Below are positions 39,660 to 48,001 of a DNA stretch of 64,000 nt, in pieces. The translations under genes were made by a program, and so were the position numbers. Origin of the DNA: a virus. The stretch is from positions 50,409 to 114,408 of IMG/VR virus record IMGVR_UViG_3300012663_001306. The stretch is one strand, 5' to 3'. The notes under the pieces are model-generated. The model was not told where the DNA came from, did not search any database, and worked only from the letters and a program-made list of their open reading frames with translations. The stretch's first letter is position 1. The number at the start of each line of letters is the position of its first letter.

Positions 39660-40714
39660 ATTTTACTTATTATTGGTATAACCTGGTCTGTTTTTAACAT
39701 TCCAAATTTTGTCATTGTCCACCCTAGCTCTTGAAGTTTATAAAAAAATCTCGACTTGTTAGTATACATGTAGTATGGTATAAAAGTAAAGTTTTTATTA
39801 ACGGTGTATTCTAAGGTTGTTTTGTAGTATTCTCTAAACTTTGGATTGATAACTCTATTTTTCCAACTATCGTAATGGTATTGTTTGCTCGTAAGCATAT
39901 CAGTCATAAAGCTAGAATGATCAAACCCGTTAGTAATTAAATGAAACGGATCAATAGTTAAATTACTAGCATCGTCGCTTGAAAAATAAAATCTATCGTT
40001 ATATAGATGTATAGACTCCCTATAAATTTGCATCAATCCGCTATTGTCGTTTACAACCCACGTATTTTGATATTCGGCATAGTCTTGTTCTAATATTTCT
40101 CTGTTGTTTGTTCTAAAATCGTGATGCACACAATTATGTAATCTATGCTTTTTAGTAAATTCAATTAACTCTTTGAAGATAGTAGGATTACCGCAGTCTA
40201 TATATTTGATTTTTTGTATTCCGTACTTATCGTATAGTTTACCTAATGTATCAAGTACTTTATCAACACCCACTTGTTCTAAAAATTCTGTGCTTATAGA
40301 GATATCGCCCAGGGTTTTTATCTTAATATCTAAGTCAAGTATTCGGAAGATTGCGTTATCAGTAATACATACTTCAAACAGGTGTCCGTGGGTTTGATAC
40401 CATTTGTAGTGGTTAGGAAAATTATATTTTAGATAATACAAGTCATCATTTGTCCTAACAGATCCAAAGTAATCAAATATTTCAAACCACGTAGATTGCA
40501 AACTAAAATCATCTGTAAAAATTTCATTTACTAAATCTTTAGTTTTAGCCAAATTGTCTTTTATGTAACATACTTTACAACCTGCGCCACAATAGTATCT
40601 TTTACCTAAACTAAAATACAAGTCGTGATCAAGAGAACGAAGGCAATCTTCCTTAATCCAATAGTCAGCTAAACTATCGTAGCCGTCAAAATTATCTCTG
40701 TTTGTATTTTGCAT
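39656..40714 (-). CDS. Atypical radical SAM-like protein (~352 aa)
   Basis: CGAGCKVCY (CxxxCxxC) near the N-terminus, but no GGEP motif and no SPASM cysteines. Start likely ATG 40714, 6 nt after TAAATA (40721-40726). Confidence 0.65.
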   Translation of the reverse strand: MQNTNRDNFDGYDSLADYWIKEDCLRSLDHDLYFSLGKRYYCGAGCKVCYIKDNLAKTKDLVNEIFTDDFSLQSTWFEIFDYFGSVRTNDDLYYLKYNFPNHYKWYQTHGHLFEVCITDNAIFRILDLDIKIKTLGDISISTEFLEQVGVDKVLDTLGKLYDKYGIQKIKYIDCGNPTIFKELIEFTKKHRLHNCVHHDFRTNNREILEQDYAEYQNTWVVNDNSGLMQIYRESIHLYNDRFYFSSDDASNLTIDPFHLITNGFDHSSFMTDMLTSKQYHYDSWKNRVINPKFREYYKTTLEYTVNKNFTFIPYYMYTNKSRFFYKLQELGWTMTKFGMLKTDQVIPIISKI

Positions 40715-40729
40715 AATCAATATTTACAA

Positions 40730-41848
40730 TTAAGAAATAATCTTAAAGTCTTCTTGGATTCCTACCCATTCTAAGATATTTTGTTTTTGATTTAGCTTTG
40801 ATACATGCATTATAACAAAGTCCATATATGTATAAAACTCCTTGCATTTTGTACCTGGCTGTTCGTTGAACATATGATACAAATACTTTAATCCGCAACT
40901 AGGACGCTTTTTACAGTTCATACAACTATCGTATATTCTTCCAGCATCGCCTTGATTTTTCCAAATTTGCTTGTTTCGCCAATCACCTATACGAGCATCA
41001 ACAGTTTTGTATTCTAGAAAATCGAACTCGGGATAAATGAATCCATCTGGTGAGAGTATTAATTTGTTATGCTCTGAAAAGTATGCTTTATCAACCATAG
41101 TATAACATCCGTCAATATATACAGATATCTTTTTAACATAGAGTATCTGAATAAATTGCAAAAAGGCATCTAAAAATTGTACTAAATCTAACTTATCAAT
41201 TATAACGTCAAACTTATCTTTACCTCTTCGATGCCTTAACGGAATAATATTAATAGATCGGCATCTAGTTTTATAACAGGTACTAACAATATCTTTTATG
41301 TTGTCTAATGAAAAAGAGTTTGGTTGATCAATGGGTAACACGCATTGCCATTGCCACTTAATTTTATTTCTATTAAGTACTGTTGACATTTCTACAACAT
41401 CAAACGATTTTCTATTAGTAGCTTGATGCATAAAATCGTAACTGACTGTTACATATAATACATCTGCGTATTGATCAAAGAAGTCTTCAGTCTCTTTAAC
41501 TAATGAGCCGTTTGTAGTTACAGTCAATTGCCAGTTGTTCTTTTTTAAGATAGGATATAACCATAACATTATTTCCTTCATTCGAGTTATAAAGAGCAAA
41601 GGCTCGCCGCCGTGAAATGATACACGTTCTACTTCATTTGGTTGAAGGGCAACCCATTCTATAAACTCTTTGATATCTTGAGAAGTATCTCGAGTTAAGT
41701 TTTGCCCTCCTAGATTTGTAATATAGTCTCTATCGCAATATGTACAATCAAAATTACATGTGTTACCTAAGTAGATAACAACCATCTTTATTTTATCTAG
41801 TGGTTGAATGGGTATGAGATTTATTTTTTGATTCAATAAGTCGTTCAC
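40730..41848 (-). CDS. Radical SAM protein with reduced SPASM/Twitch-like tail (372 aa)
   Basis: CNFDCTYC, FHGGEPL, TTNG; C-terminal CMNCKKRPSCG...C. Confidence 0.9.
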   Translation of the reverse strand: MNDLLNQKINLIPIQPLDKIKMVVIYLGNTCNFDCTYCDRDYITNLGGQNLTRDTSQDIKEFIEWVALQPNEVERVSFHGGEPLLFITRMKEIMLWLYPILKKNNWQLTVTTNGSLVKETEDFFDQYADVLYVTVSYDFMHQATNRKSFDVVEMSTVLNRNKIKWQWQCVLPIDQPNSFSLDNIKDIVSTCYKTRCRSINIIPLRHRRGKDKFDVIIDKLDLVQFLDAFLQFIQILYVKKISVYIDGCYTMVDKAYFSEHNKLILSPDGFIYPEFDFLEYKTVDARIGDWRNKQIWKNQGDAGRIYDSCMNCKKRPSCGLKYLYHMFNEQPGTKCKEFYTYMDFVIMHVSKLNQKQNILEWVGIQEDFKIIS

Positions 41849-43553
41849 TAAATGTACCTTGATAAGTTTTATGCATGGATTGTAAAAATATCATATGCAG
41901 TAGGCAAAGATAGAATGCACGTTGATACAAGTTTTCAGCTTTTATCTTATTATCAATTGGAGCAAGATTTCCTTTTTTAACAACATAATAGTAAAAGTCA
42001 TCAACTTCTTCTGTATCGCTAGTAATCAGAGCTTTGAGTTCTTCTACAAAATTATCCTTGCTGAAGTTAGGAGTAATCTCATCATTGATAATCTTTTTCC
42101 ATACGGCAAGCAATGTTCTATAATCTGCAATCTCGTCCATATTAACATGAACTTTATCTATTAGCGGATGGAAATTAAATGTGTAGTAGAACATCAAATA
42201 TACCAAACCTTTAACATAGGGATGATTCTCTTCGCTAGATTCTACTGCGCTACAAATGCTTTCGTATTTTTTCTTAAATTGTTTTTTAGCAATATCTTCC
42301 TGCAAGTCTAGATATAGCTTCACAATCTTTTGGCACATGTCGTCTGGGCGAAACATTCTAGATCCGGTATCTAAGTTTCCAGCAGGGCATTGATAACATG
42401 CGTTCTTCAAATCACATGTTTTGCATTGTTCCTCTTCTTCAAACATTTTAGAATATTCTACTTGGAAGTACTTGTACCTGTCTATATAAAGATTATCTTG
42501 GAATAGATTACCTAGTATAGTTTCCGAAGTTGCGCCAGCCTTTTGGTTAGTAAAGAAGTAGCATCCGCTCCAGTCTCCGCTTGCATCGATGGCAATCATG
42601 TCAGATCCTATCATGCAGTTTTCTTCACCTTTCTGTCCAACACCTTCTGAAAAATGTATTTGGAAATCTGCATATTTGTCTAACACTGCTAAAATATCTC
42701 TATGTAGGTTATTCCATTCGCTATCGGACCAGCGGATGAAGCCTTTGCTAGAGTCCAGGATCAGCGGATGTACTACCATCCTTCTAATGCCCCTAGTATA
42801 CAAATGATCAACGAACTCTGTAAAATACGGAGCATTTTCTCTTGCTAGAGTGCATCTAATAATAATACGCTTTTGTTGCTTAGGACCATCGGGCATATAA
42901 CTAATGAAGTCCATAATTTTATTAATCTTGTCTTGCCCAATTTCTCTATGATCAACTTCGCTTCTATCTGTATCAAGCGATAATAAGATATACGTGAAAT
43001 CATAGTTTAGAAATTCGTCTAATAATTCTTTAGTAAACAATAACCCGTTAGTAACCATACCAACAACAGTGTTAACATCACCACGGCTATTTTCTTCTAG
43101 CTCTTTTTCATTTTTTCTTACAAAGTCTAAGATAATATCTTTATGAATTAACGGCTCTCCGCCAAAGAAATTAAAGACTTTCTTTTGTCTTTGATTTGCG
43201 TTAACTAAGAATCTATATGCTTGAAGTAAACTTTCGTTAGTAAATCTTCCAAAATCTTTATTATGCTGTTCGTAGCAGTATGAGCAGGATAGATTGCAAG
43301 CGTTGGTTAAAATTAAATTTAGTTGCTTAAGGTCTTGGAACAAATAGTTAGCTGATGAAATAGATACAACTGTTTCATCTACTTTAGGTACTACTGAAAT
43401 TAGTTTATTTGCTTTTTCTAATCCTTTGGGTGTAATAATATTCTTAGTTTCAAATCGTAGCGAACCGTCTTCAGATGTAGTCACCGAAGCCTTATGATCT
43501 TCCAATCTTTTCTTTTGAGTTTCGTTCTTAATCCAAATTACACTATTGGTCAT
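41793..43553 (-). CDS. Radical SAM/SPASM protein, putative peptide/protein maturase (586 aa)
   Basis: CNLSCSYC, FFGGEPL, VTNG, LSLD; SPASM CMIGSD...DASGDWSGCYFF...CKTCDLKNACYQCPAG...C; extra helical C-terminal domain. ATGA overlap with the Cys-rich small gene. Confidence 0.92.
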   Translation of the reverse strand: MTNSVIWIKNETQKKRLEDHKASVTTSEDGSLRFETKNIITPKGLEKANKLISVVPKVDETVVSISSANYLFQDLKQLNLILTNACNLSCSYCYEQHNKDFGRFTNESLLQAYRFLVNANQRQKKVFNFFGGEPLIHKDIILDFVRKNEKELEENSRGDVNTVVGMVTNGLLFTKELLDEFLNYDFTYILLSLDTDRSEVDHREIGQDKINKIMDFISYMPDGPKQQKRIIIRCTLARENAPYFTEFVDHLYTRGIRRMVVHPLILDSSKGFIRWSDSEWNNLHRDILAVLDKYADFQIHFSEGVGQKGEENCMIGSDMIAIDASGDWSGCYFFTNQKAGATSETILGNLFQDNLYIDRYKYFQVEYSKMFEEEEQCKTCDLKNACYQCPAGNLDTGSRMFRPDDMCQKIVKLYLDLQEDIAKKQFKKKYESICSAVESSEENHPYVKGLVYLMFYYTFNFHPLIDKVHVNMDEIADYRTLLAVWKKIINDEITPNFSKDNFVEELKALITSDTEEVDDFYYYVVKKGNLAPIDNKIKAENLYQRAFYLCLLHMIFLQSMHKTYQGTFSERLIESKNKSHTHSTTR

Positions 43554-43765
43554 ACAGTTCCACGGTTACAGTTACATTGACATTGACAGTCACATACTGT
43601 GGTATAATCATCATAAAATATATGATTATGCGTGGCAAGGTTGTTCAAAATTGTTAACATAGTTTGATAATTTTGTTGACCAATGATGGTTGTATTTGCA
43701 ACAGCATCAGCCGGTGGTTGGACACCATCGGCCCAGTCGTTTACGTTTTCAGTATTTTCTGCCAT
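43550..43765 (-). CDS. Small Cys-rich protein (71 aa), candidate radical-SAM substrate or precursor
   Basis: Ends in TVCDCQCQCNCNRGTV. AAGGAG SD upstream. Stop overlaps the start of the rSAM/SPASM gene. Contains an HxH module. Confidence 0.75.
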   Translation of the reverse strand: MAENTENVNDWADGVQPPADAVANTTIIGQQNYQTMLTILNNLATHNHIFYDDYTTVCDCQCQCNCNRGTV

Positions 43766-43776
43766 ATATTTGCTCC

Positions 43777-44703
43777 TTAAATTTTATGTACTACATATTC
43801 TCTGTAGAATCTATTGGTCTTATTTAATGCTACATCCATTGCTGTAGCAGTGTTCCATCTTAGATATAGATAACCAACAGAATTATCAACTGTTATTTCA
43901 AACTGATTGTTATTTCTAGTAACTGGAAAGTTTGTAGTACATTTGACTTTGGCGTTGTCAAATAAATCAGTATCAGATAAATGCAGTCTTATAAACCAAT
44001 TATCAAAGTTTGAAACTGTAAACTTGTCTCCAGTTACTAACAATTGATTTCCTACTATTTTTACATTTTTAGAAAATCTAGGCTGAAATAATGTTTCGTT
44101 AAGATTATTACCATGATTGTCTATAGAATGTACAAAGGTGTTATCGTCTATTCGTCCACTTAGATTTGCAGATTCTTGTATGGCATAATGATTTAATACA
44201 ATGTAATAGATGTCTGCATCATTAGTTTTATAAACTAAAAACCAGGGAATGACATCAAAATTTTCAGATATAGTTTCATTGTTTCGATGATCTAACATTA
44301 ATCCGTTATCTAGTCTACTAAAATATCGAGTACCTTCTATAGCACTTTTTTGATCTGTTGCGTCAGCTAACGGAGCTCCAAATAATAAAATCTTACACTG
44401 AGGACGCCTGTCCTTAATTTTTTCGTATTCATCTACTATATCTTGTAAATTGATAGATATAGATGGTAACAGATCGGCTGTGGTATAAGGCCTAGTTAAA
44501 CATATATCAGATTCAACTCCTGCCGACAGCACAAATCTAGTATCTACGTTTCTAAAAAAAGATATTCTTGCAGTTCGGTATGCATCGGTATTCAGACTAG
44601 AAAAGTACCCTAGGCCTGGTTCTGGATTTAGATTATATGTGCTCTCCGCGTCATCCCACATACTTGAAAATCCTTGCCCGGTTTGGAAAAAAAATGCTCT
44701 CAA
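43777..44703 (-). CDS. Hypothetical protein (308 aa, TTG start) within the rSAM operon
   Basis: Long ORF tightly packed between neighbours; AAGGA upstream of the TTG; no family recognised. Confidence 0.7.
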   Translation of the reverse strand: MRAFFFQTGQGFSSMWDDAESTYNLNPEPGLGYFSSLNTDAYRTARISFFRNVDTRFVLSAGVESDICLTRPYTTADLLPSISINLQDIVDEYEKIKDRRPQCKILLFGAPLADATDQKSAIEGTRYFSRLDNGLMLDHRNNETISENFDVIPWFLVYKTNDADIYYIVLNHYAIQESANLSGRIDDNTFVHSIDNHGNNLNETLFQPRFSKNVKIVGNQLLVTGDKFTVSNFDNWFIRLHLSDTDLFDNAKVKCTTNFPVTRNNNQFEITVDNSVGYLYLRWNTATAMDVALNKTNRFYREYVVHKI

Positions 44704-44712
44704 TTTGTTTCC

Positions 44713-45168
44713 TTACGCCGATGTTCGATCAACGATACCGTGTCTATGATATCTTAGAGTTTTAATCCTAGTGTTCATTGCATTGTAGTCGCTTGCTCTA
44801 ATAACTCCAGCTTGCTTAAAATCACCACCGGTCGCTGGGCCTGCGCCGGTGAGTGTATCGCCGGTTTGAACTCCGTATGCGTAACCTGTATTTCTGCCAC
44901 CAGGAGTATAGTAATTATTTCGGTCTCCTGCACTTGGGTTATCACCGTACCCTGCACCATATGTAGCTAATTGATATGCATCGGTATATTGGTGGTAGTG
45001 CCCAGCCATTGAAGTAATTAGACCTTTTATAGCATTTATATCTGAATAATAAATTACTTTACCGGCACCTACGTTCCCCTGTAAGGTAGGAATTTGAGAT
45101 TGGTATGCAAGATTTCCTAAAGGATGAATTATGCTATACGCGGCACGGGGTACTTGTCCTGTTGGCAT
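44713..45168 (-). CDS. Gly/Tyr-rich protein with two internal coiled-coil+HxH modules (151 aa)
   Basis: VIYYSDINAIKGLITSMAGHYHQYTD and VIRASDYNAMNTRIKTLRYHRHGIVD. GGAG SD upstream. Confidence 0.75.
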   Translation of the reverse strand: MPTGQVPRAAYSIIHPLGNLAYQSQIPTLQGNVGAGKVIYYSDINAIKGLITSMAGHYHQYTDAYQLATYGAGYGDNPSAGDRNNYYTPGGRNTGYAYGVQTGDTLTGAGPATGGDFKQAGVIRASDYNAMNTRIKTLRYHRHGIVDRTSA

Positions 45169-45169
45169 T

Positions 45170-45619
45170 TTAGTTCTCCACTATAAGTGTTTCAGTATAT
45201 ACTGTACTGGTACTAATTGACGGTGATAATACATAAACTACCTCTCCGTCAACATCAAAATTGTCAAATAATAAATTTACAACATTTTCATCGTAAAATG
45301 ATTGTATTTCAGCTACATCAGTAGACTGAAGTATGTGTCCAAAATTAGTTAATAAGGAATCTTTTACTGATTGATCAATTGCGGTGTCTGCTAGAAAATC
45401 TGGAAAGATAATTTTGAGATCTGGGGATATAATTCTAATATTACTAGGAACATCGTCATTGCCCGTGAATCCTAAATGTTCTACTAAATCTTTTATTTCG
45501 TCTGTAATAACTTTAACAATTCGTTGACCTTCTACCGGAGTATCAGTAATGTTAACCAACGGAAATTCTTTACGCTTCATAGCGTATTCTAAAAAAATTA
45601 ATCTTGGATCTATACTCAT
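45170..45619 (-). CDS. Acidic hypothetical protein (~149 aa), probable first gene of the rSAM operon
   Basis: Likely start MSIDPRL at ATG 45619, with AAAGGTG and TAAATA (45641-45646) upstream. Confidence 0.65.
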   Translation of the reverse strand: MSIDPRLIFLEYAMKRKEFPLVNITDTPVEGQRIVKVITDEIKDLVEHLGFTGNDDVPSNIRIISPDLKIIFPDFLADTAIDQSVKDSLLTNFGHILQSTDVAEIQSFYDENVVNLLFDNFDVDGEVVYVLSPSISTSTVYTETLIVEN

Positions 45620-45669
45620 AGTAATTAGCACCTTTAATCATATTTAGCATGACTAAAGCTAAGGACAAA

Positions 45670-45891
45670 TTACTTACTGTCGTAGTCTTTAACGTCGCCG
45701 CCGTAGTGTACTGATTTGGCTTTCTTGCCTTTAAGGTAATTACCGTGACCATCCGTGTGGCCTTTACCTTTTGATGAATGCGCTCTTAACCCTTGACTAA
45801 CGCAACTGCTATAATCTGATCTACCTAGACGCTTTGGTGATCTGCACAGTTTTGGGTCTGTTTTTTCGTTTATGAATTCAAATGCTCGCAT
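45670..45891 (-). CDS. Small basic protein (73 aa), candidate internal head protein
   Basis: N-terminus MRAFEFINE (IxE) resembles the T4 capsid-targeting sequence. TAAATA 4 nt upstream (45896-45901). Confidence 0.6.
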   Translation of the reverse strand: MRAFEFINEKTDPKLCRSPKRLGRSDYSSCVSQGLRAHSSKGKGHTDGHGNYLKGKKAKSVHYGGDVKDYDSK

Positions 45892-45918
45892 GATGTATTT
45901 ACCATGCGAGCATGTCTT

Positions 45919-46248
45919 TTACCTAAAAAGTATCAGACCCATTAAAAGCGTCTGTCCAATAAATCCTACACAAATTGTAGCAATATAGGTCCAGTTGCGT
46001 TCAATTAGACTTTTGAAGAACATAGTAGTTAAACCTGCCCATACAAAAATCATAAGGTCTACTGGGGGTAAGCGATCGCTTTGTCCAACCAATACGCTAA
46101 ACAATGTAGGTACACTGGCTAAATGTAGCAAAACAATAGTAATCCACCCTAGTGTATTACCAGTGACTCTACCCATGTGATCTCGGAAAAAATACCATGA
46201 CCAACGTGGGAATTTTGTCATTAATTCCAATATTTCTCTACGGCTCAT
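45919..46248 (-). CDS. Small membrane protein (109 aa, ~3 TM segments)
   Basis: Three hydrophobic stretches; directly downstream of the cell-wall hydrolase. Confidence 0.7.
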   Translation of the reverse strand: MSRREILELMTKFPRWSWYFFRDHMGRVTGNTLGWITIVLLHLASVPTLFSVLVGQSDRLPPVDLMIFVWAGLTTMFFKSLIERNWTYIATICVGFIGQTLLMGLILFR

Positions 46249-46262
46249 AATTAACTAACCTT

Positions 46263-46865
46263 TCAATTATAAAAAATATGACGACCAATATGGGCCACTG
46301 GTTTCTTACCCCATCCTGGGTTGATGTAATCCCCGTGAAAATACAGGGCATCTTTTAGGCTAGGAAGCCTAAAACCTTCTAGCAAAACTTTCTTTGCTAC
46401 TTCTTCACTTTCCTTAAAACGAGCACCGTTTACGGGTTTCACTGATGGCGCAGATTGACAAACCCAACTAAACTGGCAAACTACTTTACTGTAGATTATG
46501 CTCTTTTGATAGATAACTTGACAGATGTCATCAGGAAATGCTGATGATTTAGCTCTATTCATTGTTACTTGAGCCACTGCAACTTTACCCTCAAACGGTT
46601 CACCACCTGCTTCGTAGTATATGTTCCTGCTTAGACATGCCAACTGCTTTTCTCTCATAGCGGCTGTAATCTCTGTTGTGGGCCCACTAACTTCACTCGA
46701 AGCAAGTTCTCTTTTGTCCATAGCCCAATCGAGCAAACTGACTGCAAGCCAGATGCTAATTGATGCGAGGATTAACGTACAAACTGTTCCGAGGAATCGG
46801 GCAATTTGAATATTGGCTTGACGAGGATCGAGAACTTCCTCTACCAATGTGTTCGTAGTAGTCAT
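46263..46865 (-). CDS. Cell-wall hydrolase, SleB/Hydrolase_2 family, with N-terminal TM segment (200 aa)
   Basis: CLSRNIYYEAGGE..GKVAVAQVTMNR...ICQVIYQ...QFSW...ALYFH...IGRHIFY. Strong SD AAAGGAGG. Confidence 0.9.
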   Translation of the reverse strand: MTTTNTLVEEVLDPRQANIQIARFLGTVCTLILASISIWLAVSLLDWAMDKRELASSEVSGPTTEITAAMREKQLACLSRNIYYEAGGEPFEGKVAVAQVTMNRAKSSAFPDDICQVIYQKSIIYSKVVCQFSWVCQSAPSVKPVNGARFKESEEVAKKVLLEGFRLPSLKDALYFHGDYINPGWGKKPVAHIGRHIFYN

Positions 46866-46940
46866 AACTAGAACCTCCTTTGTTAAATCATAATAAGTAA
46901 CTGAGTGTGTAATCGCTCAAAATGTATGGGCGATATATTA

Positions 46941-46969
46941 ATTATAGCATCTAGCTTGAATTGTGTCAA
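46941..46969 (-). promoter_or_regulatory. Consensus sigma70 promoter for the hydrolase and membrane-protein genes
   Basis: Minus strand TTGACA (46969-46964)-17 nt-TATAAT (46946-46941) with extended -10 TG. Confidence 0.85.
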
Positions 46970-46997
46970 GTTTCAGGGCCAAACGCCCAGTTTTTGG

Positions 46998-47025
46998 TAG
47001 ACATTTAGGTAAAATGTGTTATAAT
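46998..47025 (+). promoter_or_regulatory. Divergent sigma70-type promoter for the small ORF and glycosyltransferase unit
   Basis: TAGACA-16 nt-TATAAT with TGn extension. Confidence 0.6.
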
Positions 47026-47062
47026 ATACATACATTAAACATTTTCCAAGAAAGAACTGTAT

Positions 47063-47212
47063 ATGTACCGTTATAATGTTTGGATTCGATTAAATCCTTA
47101 TCAAACTGCTAATGTAGTAGTTAGTGCTAACGACGACTACCAGGCCAAGCTCTTAGCCGAAGCGCAATATGGATCGGGAAATGTATTAAACTATACAAGA
47201 ATTTATGATTGA
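47063..47212 (+). CDS. Small hypothetical protein (49 aa), not in the ORF track
   Basis: MYRYNVWIRLNPYQTANVVVSANDDYQAKLLAEAQYGSGNVLNYTRIYD*. Follows the promoter and overlaps the next ATG by 8 nt. Confidence 0.7.
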   Translation: MYRYNVWIRLNPYQTANVVVSANDDYQAKLLAEAQYGSGNVLNYTRIYD

Positions 47213-47999
47213 ACAAGAAGAACAAGAAATTATTCCAGGACCAGTAGGTATTATACAATCCAGGGGGCTAGGCGATATTATTATTGCCTTGCCAATTGCT
47301 TATTATTTTTTACAAAAAGGGCATAAAGTTATTTGGCCCATTTGCGAAGAATTTTATCCGTCTTTTAGAGATACAGTTACATGGGTAGAATGGGTTCCTA
47401 TTCCTACTGATAGGGCTGGCAAGTTTTTTTACGATCGTCCTTATTTTGAATTAGGCAGTAGAGGTTGCACAGAATTTATATGCCTGTATCAAAGTTTAAC
47501 AGGTCATCCAGAATTAAGTGGGCGGAACTATTTTCAGATACAGAAATTTGACGAGCACAAATATACAGCAGCCGGGGTTCCTTTCCTATGGAAATGGAAA
47601 TTACGGGAATGCATCAATAGGAATGAAGAACGAGAGCACGATCTGTATAAAAAATTAGTAAGCGATAAACCATATTATGTCACTCACCTAAAGGGTAGTT
47701 CATACACAGCTAACATTGACTTATCACACATGCCCGAAGATTGGCAAAGAATTGATATTGACGATAACATAACTGAAAACATATTTGACTGGATTAAAGT
47801 AATAGAACATGCTCAGGCACTAATTACCGTAGATTCTGCAATTTCTAATATGGTTGACCAGTTTAACATATCAGTAGATAAGTATTGGATTCCACGGAGC
47901 CATATACATATAACACCAGTGTTAGGATCAGATTGGACAATACTAGCGGCACCGCCAGATAGTTTGGCCGCAAAAGAAATATTTCAATCGGCAAAATAA
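47205..47999 (+). CDS. Glycosyltransferase, GT-B/GT9 (heptosyltransferase)-like (264 aa)
   Basis: RGLGDIIIALP N-terminal motif and IEHAQALITVDSAISNM C-terminal motif. Confidence 0.7.
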   Translation: MIEQEEQEIIPGPVGIIQSRGLGDIIIALPIAYYFLQKGHKVIWPICEEFYPSFRDTVTWVEWVPIPTDRAGKFFYDRPYFELGSRGCTEFICLYQSLTGHPELSGRNYFQIQKFDEHKYTAAGVPFLWKWKLRECINRNEEREHDLYKKLVSDKPYYVTHLKGSSYTANIDLSHMPEDWQRIDIDDNITENIFDWIKVIEHAQALITVDSAISNMVDQFNISVDKYWIPRSHIHITPVLGSDWTILAAPPDSLAAKEIFQSAK

Positions 48000-48001
48000 T
48001 T

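Noticed and set aside
43550-43600. Cys tail as a simple metallothionein unrelated to the rSAMs
   Set aside because: Not excluded chemically, but ranked lower because of translational coupling to a SPASM enzyme and the shared HxH module.
46866-47062. Largest intergenic gap as a tRNA/ncRNA locus
   Set aside because: No cloverleaf or stable structure seen; the space is explained by two divergent sigma70 promoters and leaders.
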